The translations under genes and the position numbers were made by a program. From Chamaesiphon sp. (GTDB taxonomy: Bacteria; Cyanobacteriota; Cyanobacteriia; Cyanobacteriales; Chamaesiphonaceae), in NCBI GenBank assembly GCA_965246715.1, contig CBDFFH010000002.1, positions 224,001 through 288,000 on the forward strand: 64,000 nucleotides of DNA, in the 5' to 3' direction. Position 1 is the stretch's first letter, and the number at the start of each line of letters is the position of its first letter. This document shows, in pieces, positions 20,784 to 29,225 of this stretch. The notes beneath the pieces were generated by a model. It was not told the origin of the DNA. It did no database searches and worked only from the letters and a program-made list of their open reading frames with translations.

Positions 20784-21271
20784 GCTGGGTTAAGCCTCGA
20801 AAACCAACAATTCCAGTGTTTGAGGTTCGCTCGTTGGCGCAGCCTACCGTTAGGTAATCGCCGTTGAGTAGCATCTTTTATACCCTGTCGAAATTATCGA
20901 TCGATTACCTATTTCGAGAAACCCAACGATTCCAGTGTTTGAGGTTCGTTCGCATAGCGTACCGGAGGTAATCGATTGCCATTGAGAAGCATCCTTATAT
21001 CCTGTCAAAATTATCGATCGATTAGCTTGGGTTTGGTCGTTGGCGAAGCCTACCGGAGGTAATCGTCGTTAATTCGTTGGCGTAGCCTCCGCTTTGCGGA
21101 ATCGATCTTTGGTGCGATGGTTTTGGGATCGATCGCCTATGGCACCCTACGCGATCGATGTTGATGACGATCGAGCTAAATTCACAATCGCTCATGATAT
21201 AATTATACTAGCCAATTGTAGACAATCGATGTTGGATATTTTGGCTCAACTACTTAACTTCAGGACAGAAT

Positions 21272-21514
21272 ATGAGCGATCGAGTAGTTACCGGAACGAT
21301 CGACAAAGATGGTGTTGTTACTTTTGACGAGGAAGTAACGATCTCCGAGCCTCAAGCCGTTACCATAATTTTCAATGCTGGTATTGAAGCTAGTAAACCT
21401 GAACTCAAAACGCAACAAGAGCTAACAGATAAAATCATTCAAGGCTTACACGAAGCAATTACAGGGAAAACAGTACCTCTGTCAGCATTATGGGACGAAG
21501 TAGATGCAGACTGA
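21272..21514 (+). CDS. Orphan antitoxin-like protein; partner toxin truncated
   Basis: Ends ...LHEAITGKTVPLSALWDEVDAD; an overlapping ATG at 21504 (MQTDETQPP) runs straight into a repeat. Confidence 0.6.
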   Translation: MSDRVVTGTIDKDGVVTFDEEVTISEPQAVTIIFNAGIEASKPELKTQQELTDKIIQGLHEAITGKTVPLSALWDEVDAD

Positions 21515-21586
21515 TGAGACGCAACCTCCTGTTAGGTAATCGCCATTGAGGAGCTTCTTTATACCCTGTCGAAATTATCCTCGATT

Positions 21587-21877
21587 TCATGCCAAAAGTA
21601 GTTTTGAGGGCAGATTGAAGCGATTACTTAATTTCTCAGCCTGATTGAGATCGATCGAGCGTTTACCATCGATAACTTCCAATACTCGATCGCTAGAGCC
21701 AAATACATCAATTAAATCTGCTAGTTGAACGTCATTCGCATCCATTAAATGCAGCAGTCGGCTGTGGGGAGTCGATCGATTTTGAGATGGGTAATGTTCT
21801 GATTCAAACTTTTCAGCTAAGATGACAAACAGATCGATTAGCTGTTCTTCTTCACTGCTAACTGTCTCTTTATTCAT
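21587..21877 (-). pseudogene. Second, 5'-truncated copy of higA
   Basis: Close paralog of 13389-13680 (MNKETVSSEEEQLIDLFVILAEKFESEHYPSQ...). Confidence 0.85.
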
Positions 21878-22295
21878 TTGCCTGGGCGCATCAATACACA
21901 TTCTATGAGTCCAAGAGTTCAAAAAATTCAAGCACGAATCGAAGAATATTTAGTGGATGAAGTCAAGAAAATTCCCGCAAAACTAATTCTACTCGGAACT
22001 TCTGATGTAATTGAGTCATTATTCGGTAAATATAAAATTTTTGCCCAAAGACGACCAATAAAAGAGCTTGGGGCTAGGATCTTACTCATTCCTTTAGCCA
22101 CGATAGAAATTACACTCGATTTAGTCAAAGAAGCAATGGAATCCATCAGCTTTATCGATGTTGTTAACTGGGCTAAATCCATTTTTGGTTCTTCGATGCT
22201 CTCACGCCGAAGAAGCCTGAATTCAGCCGCAAATTCTGACGCAAAACCTGCATGAAGTCTTGTCCTGTCTGGGAGGACAAAATTAACATGCTAGG
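21878..22295 (+). mobile_element. Truncated transposase 3' end / IS right-end remnant
   Basis: ORF ...LLGTSDVIESLFGKYK... abuts the truncated higA; IS family not assigned. Confidence 0.6.
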
Positions 22296-22307
22296 CACTG
22301 CCCACCC

Positions 22308-22547
22308 AGCCCTTTCAATGTGACAAAAACAACATGCATGTAACGGCGGAAATCCGTCTTCGGATCGATCGAGACTAGTGGTTGAGTGCCCCTCCTCGAT
22401 CGAATTATGAGCAGTTTTTCGACCGCCGAAGACGGTGCGCAAGCTTCGAGGAGGGGCACGCCATAATTGAAAAAGATTCAAAACCGCATTCTATTATCGA
22501 TCGAAAAACAGTAGTAAAACAGTAACTTCTGTCACATTGAAAGGGAT
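22308..22547. mobile_element. MITE inserted into a REP hairpin
   Basis: 16-bp perfect IR CCCTTTCAATGTGACA (22310-22325) / TGTCACATTGAAAGGG (22530-22545); 14-bp direct repeat GGCACTGCCCACCC at 22294-22307 and 22548-22561. Confidence 0.8.
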
Positions 22548-22586
22548 GGCACTGCCCACCCTACATAATAGATATTTAAGTGTATT

Positions 22587-24578
22587 CTAGCGTTCGGTTA
22601 GCTTAGTTAACACTTGATTCGATCGCTCGACAAAAGCATTCATATTCTCGGCATTAATGCCCTTTTGAGCCATCAATGCTAGGTCGTAAACATGCTGACA
22701 AACGAGATTGACTAGCTGTTGATTTGGCGAATCTCCATCGGTGCCGACGAGCGAACCTTTGTTGATATTTGCCAAGTTTTGAATCAGCGGATGTGCGGTG
22801 TTGACAACGAGAATATGATCTTCTGGAAACTCTGCGGTTTGTTGCTGCATCATTGCCGTCATATCGCGCATCCGGCGCATAAATTCAGGTAATAATACCA
22901 TCGCTGGCGGTGTCGATTGGGCATTATCGCCTTTGAGTGATTCGGTACGGATCGTAACTTTGGGTTTACCGATCGCCGCAGTAAAGATATCCTTAATCTG
23001 TTCGCTCCGAGTTTTATTAGTATTCGGATCGATGATTTCGGGAGTCTCATCCGATTGAATCAGGCTGCTATCGAGTTCGGCATCTACCCGTGCAAATTTT
23101 ACATTGCTGTGTTCGCGTTCGAGGAAGCTCACAAAGTGGGTATCGATGAACGAATCGAGAAATAGCACTTCTAAACCCTGACTCTTATGCAGTTGGATAT
23201 AGGGTGATTGACTGGCTTCATCGGTAGCGTAGAAGACGCGATTTTCGTAAGTGGGTTCGCCCTCTTCTGTCGGAGCTGCTGACTTACTATGACGCTCTTG
23301 ATTCCGTTCTAAATACTCGGCTAAGGTGGTGTAGGGTAGGCTCGGGAGATTGTCTTCAGATTTCCACGCATCATCTTCACCATCAGTCGTTGCCGCTGTT
23401 ACTACTGGAGGCGCGACGAAGGTAGTCCGATAGATAACGATATCTTCGATTTGCTTTTTGAATTTATCGTCGTTGAGACAGCCAAATTTGATAAAGGTAC
23501 TAAGATCTTCCCAACCTTTAGCATACGCCGCCCGATCGTCATGAAAGAGTTCTTTAAGTCGGTCGCCAACTTTTTTGGCAATATAATCGGCAATCCGGCG
23601 GACGGTGCGATCGTTAGTTAAGGCACTCCGCGATACGTTGAGTGGAATATCGGTGCTATCGATGACTCCCCGCAATGGTAACAGAAATTTGGGAATCACT
23701 TCATCACAGCGATCGCTAACAAATACCTGATTGCAAAAGAGTTTCGCCTGTCCTTTGGTCAGATCTAAATCTGGTTGTAATTTCGGGAAGTAAAGAATCC
23801 CATTGAGGGCAAATGGGTAATCTGTATTCAGGTGTACCCACAATAATGGCTCTTCTTGGTAAGGATAGAGATAGCGATAAAATTCGAGATAATCTTCTTT
23901 AGTTAAATTCTGTGGTGACTCTTTCCACAATGCTTTTTGTTTGTTTAGGACTTCACCATCGAGGGAGATGGGTACGGGCATGAAGTCGCAATAGGTTTTG
24001 ACTAGATTCTTAATCCGTGCTGGTTCGAGATATTCAGCTTCCTCATCTTGAAGGGTAAGCGTAATCGTCGTTCCGCGTTCGGTGCGAGTGGATTCGCTGA
24101 TTTGGAAGCTCGGCGAACCATCACAAGACCAGTGGACGGCGGTGGCACCATCGCGGTAGGAGAGGGTATCGATTTCGACGAGACTCGCCACCATGAAGGA
24201 CGAGTAGAAGCCTAACCCAAAGTGTCCGATGATTTGTTGGTCGCTATTTTTCTGATACTTCTCGATGAATTCTTCGGCGCTAGAGAAGGCGACTTGATTG
24301 ATATATTTTTTGACTTCATCCAGACTCATGCCGATGCCATTATCGGAGATCGAGAGCGTCTTTTTATCCTTATCGATCGACAGATTAATCGCGGGTTCGC
24401 CGATTTCGCCGCTAAAGTCACCTGCGAAGGAGACCATTTTGACTTTGGCAATGGCATCGACGGCGTTGGAGATTAGCTCGCGGAGGAAGATTTCATGGTC
24501 GGTATACAGAGATTTCTTAATGATCGGAAAGATATTCTCGGTATGGATGGTGATGTTACCTTGTTCTATCACTGTCAT
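22587..24578 (-). CDS. htpG: Chaperone HtpG (Hsp90)
   Basis: IFLRELISNA, DNGIGM, IGHFGLGFYS, DIPLNVSRS. Confidence 0.97.
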   Translation of the reverse strand: MTVIEQGNITIHTENIFPIIKKSLYTDHEIFLRELISNAVDAIAKVKMVSFAGDFSGEIGEPAINLSIDKDKKTLSISDNGIGMSLDEVKKYINQVAFSSAEEFIEKYQKNSDQQIIGHFGLGFYSSFMVASLVEIDTLSYRDGATAVHWSCDGSPSFQISESTRTERGTTITLTLQDEEAEYLEPARIKNLVKTYCDFMPVPISLDGEVLNKQKALWKESPQNLTKEDYLEFYRYLYPYQEEPLLWVHLNTDYPFALNGILYFPKLQPDLDLTKGQAKLFCNQVFVSDRCDEVIPKFLLPLRGVIDSTDIPLNVSRSALTNDRTVRRIADYIAKKVGDRLKELFHDDRAAYAKGWEDLSTFIKFGCLNDDKFKKQIEDIVIYRTTFVAPPVVTAATTDGEDDAWKSEDNLPSLPYTTLAEYLERNQERHSKSAAPTEEGEPTYENRVFYATDEASQSPYIQLHKSQGLEVLFLDSFIDTHFVSFLEREHSNVKFARVDAELDSSLIQSDETPEIIDPNTNKTRSEQIKDIFTAAIGKPKVTIRTESLKGDNAQSTPPAMVLLPEFMRRMRDMTAMMQQQTAEFPEDHILVVNTAHPLIQNLANINKGSLVGTDGDSPNQQLVNLVCQHVYDLALMAQKGINAENMNAFVERSNQVLTKLTER

Positions 24579-24672
24579 GTGGCTATCTGGTTGCGATTGT
24601 GTTTATTTACCAGCATTGTAGGTCGTCTGGTGGTGTGGCGCGTTTCGGGATTTCCGTACCTGGGCTAAATAT

Positions 24673-24905
24673 AACGTCAGTTCGGGATAAGGATATCTGC
24701 TCCACTCCCGCACCGCCAACGATTGAAATCGTGGCTCGTGTTGCAAAGTCCGGTTGTTGCCGCGAGCGGCAAAGCCTGCCTACGCGGACTAACTAACTAG
24801 TCCGCGTAGGCGGACTTCGTCTTATTAGCCCCGATTTCAATCGGCGGCGGCGCAAGAACAAATCTAGAAGCCATTAAGCCTAAATCCTTATCCCAAACTC
24901 AAGTT
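24673..24905. mobile_element. MITE-like element with internal palindrome
   Basis: Termini AACGTCAGTTCGGGATAAGGA / TCCTTATCCCAAACTCAAGTT; internal GCCTACGCGGACTA...TAGTCCGCGTAGGC. Confidence 0.7.
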
Positions 24906-24974
24906 AAAATAGTAGTGCGTAATGACAATTAGTATTATCGATCGCGCTGTTATCTAAATAGCAGAGGATTTTAC

Positions 24975-25655
24975 CTACAAGTAAATAAACTTCGCTGCGG
25001 TACCAACTGGATTGCCAGCTTTGATTAATCTTACCGACGGTTGAGCTTGATGGATCCCTTCAGTGATGAGAAAAGAACCATCGGCATAGACTTTTTCGAC
25101 AAATGCAACGTGTCCGGCGACAGGATCGCTCGTCCAAGTATAGATAGTATTACCTTCCTGCCAACTAAAAGTTCGATCGGCATCCCAAACGACCAGACTA
25201 TTTGCTCTAGGCTTGTTTTTCAATCGATCGCGATAATTACTATTGGCAATTTTGCCGCTCCAAGTATCCGCATTACCGACGAGCACGGTCGCAATCCCTC
25301 GGTTATTCTCGATTAAACCACGTTCGATCGCTCTACCATAGACAAATTCAACACATTCAAACGGGTGAGCGCCGCCGAGAATTTGTTCGTTCCAAGCAAT
25401 TAATTGATTGCCGCTAGCTTGATAATAAGCTCGATCGAGCTTGATGCCTAATTTCGCGATCGACGGTAAGGAATCGGCATGAGGGACGGTATCGGCTGAT
25501 GCTCTAATTTTACGATGCGGAGATTTTGCGATGTTGGTTGACGAACCAGCGATCGAGGAAATTGAGTTAACAGCACTCGCGATTGGCGTACTGGAAACAT
25601 TCAGCAATCCTAAACTTATGGCAAGCAGGAATAGCTGATGAGATTTATTTAACAT
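24975..25655 (-). CDS. Secreted CHAP-domain protein
   Basis: Signal peptide; ECVEFV, GNADTW, AGHVAFVEKV. Confidence 0.85.
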   Translation of the reverse strand: MLNKSHQLFLLAISLGLLNVSSTPIASAVNSISSIAGSSTNIAKSPHRKIRASADTVPHADSLPSIAKLGIKLDRAYYQASGNQLIAWNEQILGGAHPFECVEFVYGRAIERGLIENNRGIATVLVGNADTWSGKIANSNYRDRLKNKPRANSLVVWDADRTFSWQEGNTIYTWTSDPVAGHVAFVEKVYADGSFLITEGIHQAQPSVRLIKAGNPVGTAAKFIYL

Positions 25656-25704
25656 GATGAATTTACCCAATAATCGAGATTGATAGTGCCGCGATCGGAT
25701 CGAT

Positions 25705-28059
25705 TTAGAGAATATCTTTTCTTTTTTGTAACAAGGCCGTGATACTTAGATAGACAATAATATGCACTACCAATATCGACCAACTCGTAATTAAGTTGTT
25801 CCAGGTTTGTTCGTAAGCTGCACCAGTAGGGAATGGTAGATCGGCGATCGCGGCAGTTTTGAGCTGTGCTGGTAATAAGTTATTGACATTGACGATCGTG
25901 CCATAAGCACCGACCGACCACCGACATAACATCAAATATGAAATAATAATTCCTGCGCCTTTGAGCTTAAATAAGATACCTGAAAAAATGATTTGAGGCA
26001 GTAGAATCAGCGGTAACGTACCATTTGCTTGACTGCTATTTTTGACGATCGCCGAAACTAATAATCCCAAACTAGAACTAGCTGTCAGTGTCAGACAAGT
26101 AGTGATAAATAGTCCTAATTGCCAGGGAATTAAGGTTGTAATGGGTGCTTTGAATTCAAGGCCGACCGTGATGACGATTAGTAGCGTTTGCAAGACCGCT
26201 AGTACAGCAAGAACGGTAAATTTAGAGCCTAAATAAGCTGGAATATTGAGATTTATCAATCGTTCGCGGAGATAGATCGCACTCTCCTTGACGATTTCTT
26301 GTAACGAACTAGACAAACCCACCCATAACGAGGCACAAGTAAAGACGAATAATACTTGCAATGCTAAGGCTGGTAAAGCGTTATCTGGAGAACTTCCCAA
26401 GATAAAAGGATCTTTATCTTGCAAGGCAAAATCTAAGAAACTAATCCCGACGGGTGCCGTGAGTAAAGCCAATCCTAAATTTAATCGATCGCGACTCTGC
26501 AGCGCGAGTTGACGTTGGGTAAAAATCAACCATTGGGCGATCGGATTTACTTGTTTGGCGGTTGGTGGCAGTTGCGAATTCGGGGCAGCTTGGGGGTTGA
26601 GGCTATTGGTGACGTAGGTTTGGAAATAGTGAGACTGACGATAGGTATTTACATAGCGATCGATTTCATTGACATCTTCGAGCTTGATATAAATATCGGC
26701 AAAATCATTCACCCCAAAAAATTTCAAGGCTTCTGCTGGCGAACCAAAATAACAAAATTTACCATCGCGACCCAAAAAGACAATTCGATCGCACGCCGTA
26801 ATATTTGCAGTAGCATGTGTGACTAACACGATCGTCCGTCCCCCATCATGGGCGAGATCGCGCAACAATTCCATCATCTGTTTGTCTAGTCCCGGATCGA
26901 GTCCAGATGTCGGTTCGTCTAAAAAGAACAGCTTGGGATTCGCCAGTAATTCCACCCCGATACTTACCCGCTTGCGCTGTCCGCCACTGAGATTGACGAT
27001 CGCGGCTTTGCGTCGATGTGTCATTTTGATATCATCCAACGCCCGATCGACCACCGATTTTAGCTCGATATCTGGTGGCAATCGGAGCCTAGCCGCATAG
27101 CGCAGCACTTCTTCAACACTCAGATCCATGTGGATGATATCGTCTTGTGGCACATAGCCGATTTGCGTCCGATAGATATTAAAATTCTGGCGCAAGTCCG
27201 TACCGTTGAGATAGACCGCGCCTTGAGTCGGAGCCTCAACACCCAATAATGTCCGCATCAGCGTCGATTTACCCGCGCCGCTCCCCCCCACTAATGCGAC
27301 AAATTGACCGGGTTCTAGTGCGAATGAAAGGTCATCCAACCGCCGTTTGCCATTAGTTTCGAGAATCAGATTGTGAACGTCTAAGCGGATCCGATCGCCA
27401 CGATCGAGCATCTGTAGCTTGTCACCCCTGATAACCAACGTAAACGGCCCGATTTTAATCGTCGCGCCATCACCAACAAGTGCAGATTGGCTGACGCGCT
27501 GACCGTTGACGAAGACACCATTGGTACTGCGATCGCGCAACAGATATCTACCACTACCATCACGATCGATCGTGGCATGGACGCGGGAAATCGTTGGTGC
27601 TTCGAGTGGCAGCGTGGAACTAGGATCGCGACCGAGCGTGACGGTGCCACAATCGAGTGGTGTCGATTTATTCTCTATATTGGAATTAATAACAACATTG
27701 ATATTCGGATCGATATATTCGATCTGAATCAGTGTTTTGGGGTCGAGACCGATATTAATTCGTACTCCATTGGTCAAGCGACAACCTTGTGCTGGCGTAA
27801 TTAGTGCTTGGTTGAGATATAAGCGATTGCTACTCGGAGTTTGGCGATCTCCATCATAAATATAGCAATCTTCACCATTTTGACAAATGGTAGCTTGTCT
27901 GCGCGAGACAACATTCCAACTATCGGGTAGCGACAGATCCGCAACACTCGGATCTCGGCCTAAAACATGTTTCGATTTGGTCAGTTCAAATTTAACTAGT
28001 TGCCCCTGGTTGTCGATGAGCAGATATGGATATTTATAAACCAGGGTTTTCACGTTCAT
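25705..28059 (-). CDS. FHA-FHA-ABC transporter (ATPase plus permease)
   Basis: Two FHA domains (GR...SR.H...STNG), GGSGAGKST, LSGGQ, LDEPTSGLD, C-terminal TM helices. Confidence 0.93.
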   Translation of the reverse strand: MNVKTLVYKYPYLLIDNQGQLVKFELTKSKHVLGRDPSVADLSLPDSWNVVSRRQATICQNGEDCYIYDGDRQTPSSNRLYLNQALITPAQGCRLTNGVRINIGLDPKTLIQIEYIDPNINVVINSNIENKSTPLDCGTVTLGRDPSSTLPLEAPTISRVHATIDRDGSGRYLLRDRSTNGVFVNGQRVSQSALVGDGATIKIGPFTLVIRGDKLQMLDRGDRIRLDVHNLILETNGKRRLDDLSFALEPGQFVALVGGSGAGKSTLMRTLLGVEAPTQGAVYLNGTDLRQNFNIYRTQIGYVPQDDIIHMDLSVEEVLRYAARLRLPPDIELKSVVDRALDDIKMTHRRKAAIVNLSGGQRKRVSIGVELLANPKLFFLDEPTSGLDPGLDKQMMELLRDLAHDGGRTIVLVTHATANITACDRIVFLGRDGKFCYFGSPAEALKFFGVNDFADIYIKLEDVNEIDRYVNTYRQSHYFQTYVTNSLNPQAAPNSQLPPTAKQVNPIAQWLIFTQRQLALQSRDRLNLGLALLTAPVGISFLDFALQDKDPFILGSSPDNALPALALQVLFVFTCASLWVGLSSSLQEIVKESAIYLRERLINLNIPAYLGSKFTVLAVLAVLQTLLIVITVGLEFKAPITTLIPWQLGLFITTCLTLTASSSLGLLVSAIVKNSSQANGTLPLILLPQIIFSGILFKLKGAGIIISYLMLCRWSVGAYGTIVNVNNLLPAQLKTAAIADLPFPTGAAYEQTWNNLITSWSILVVHIIVYLSITALLQKRKDIL

Positions 28060-28251
28060 CTTGAGAACTTATTGTGGATGTTTAGGGATACTTTAGGATA
28101 AGCCAAAATAGATTATCGTTCGGTAACTATAACTTTTTATGTCATTCAGTATAACTTCACCTATAATACTCGGCGATCGCAATTCTGAGATGATTTGCGA
28201 CAACCATTAAGATCGATCTCCTTGACATCATTAGGCTCTCATCGATCGATC

Positions 28252-29178
28252 TCAATCTTGATGGCTATTGCCGACAGCTAGCTGTTCGACTTCCATTTTC
28301 TTGAGTAAATGTGGAATTTGACTGATTTTTTTGGCGACGGGAATTTTTGCGCGTTTATAAGTTTTCATCCGTTGTTGGATCGTATCAGCATTGTGAATCG
28401 GTTTTGAGAGTGTATGACTCAAGACGATCGCGGCATCTGTCAGCGGGTGCGGTGTATTAGCATGAATTCCCGCTAGATAGGCAACGACAGGTTTACCTTG
28501 TTTGGCGAGGAAATAAGCCGCCGTCGCACCTTCGGAATCCCAGCAAATATCGCCGACAAGCACGATCGCTTCCGTCAGCGGATCTGTTTGTAGCCACTCT
28601 AGCCACAGGCGACAGGAGGAGCCAACCAGCGGATCGCTACCGATATGAATGACGATCGATTGACCTAAATTAGCGTGATTTAATTCGCTGGCAATTTCGG
28701 CCATCAGACTTTGATTGCGACCGATCACAGCTACTTTACCAGGACTAAATAGTTGGGGCTGATAAATACCCAATAACAATCGATCGGGAATAATCACCCC
28801 CGCACTCCCAGAACCCAAAATTAAGGTATTGCTGATACTTGCCTGCCGCAAGAGCCGAATCGTATCCAGTGGTGGCACACCGCGTGTCACAATCACAATC
28901 TGCGGAATACCTGCGGCGATCGCTTCTAACGCTGCGTCTAGTACATCATAGGCGGGTACAAAAATTAAACTAGTTTCAATCTGACCCAAGGCACCTTGTG
29001 CCTGTTCTACCAAGTCAAAAATCGGCAGGTTAGCAAATTCTTGACCCCCACGCCCCGCACTGACAATGCCGACGATATTCGTACCATAAACTTGCATTCT
29101 GCTAATCGCTGCGGCTGCTAGGGAATTGTCTAGTCCCTGAATGAGGACGCGGCTGTCGAGCTGGAGATCGATCGTCAT
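28252..29178 (-). CDS. sucD: Succinyl-CoA synthetase alpha subunit-like (divergent)
   Basis: CoA-binding N-terminus RVLIQG...YGTNIVG, SLIFVPA; adjacent to sucC. Confidence 0.85.
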   Translation of the reverse strand: MTIDLQLDSRVLIQGLDNSLAAAAISRMQVYGTNIVGIVSAGRGGQEFANLPIFDLVEQAQGALGQIETSLIFVPAYDVLDAALEAIAAGIPQIVIVTRGVPPLDTIRLLRQASISNTLILGSGSAGVIIPDRLLLGIYQPQLFSPGKVAVIGRNQSLMAEIASELNHANLGQSIVIHIGSDPLVGSSCRLWLEWLQTDPLTEAIVLVGDICWDSEGATAAYFLAKQGKPVVAYLAGIHANTPHPLTDAAIVLSHTLSKPIHNADTIQQRMKTYKRAKIPVAKKISQIPHLLKKMEVEQLAVGNSHQD

Positions 29179-29225
29179 ACGGTGGTGAGGGGATAGGGGA
29201 TAGATGATAAATAACTAATAACCAA

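Larger units (their letters stand above)
11154..21586 (+). repeat. Family of ~13 co-oriented 100-250 bp inter-cassette repeats
   Basis: Consensus AGTGAGATTTCTCCCTGTAGGTTGGGTTGAAGCC-GAAACCCAACAATCCCAGTGTTTGAGGCTCGATCG-CTATTGAGGAGCATCTTTATATCCTGTCGAAATTATCGATCGATTAGCTTGGGTTTGGTCGATCG. Copies start near 11154, 11406, 12375, 13286, 14201, 14328, 14455 (split by IS), 18006, 18832, 19880, 20763, 20917, 21540 (partial). Confidence 0.92.

Noticed and set aside
11154..21586. CRISPR array
   Set aside because: Repeats are over 100 bp and degenerate, the intervening segments are whole genes of very variable length, and there are no cas genes
11154..21586. Classical integron
   Set aside because: No tyrosine recombinase in the window, and the repeats lack paired RYYYAAC...GTTRRRY ends
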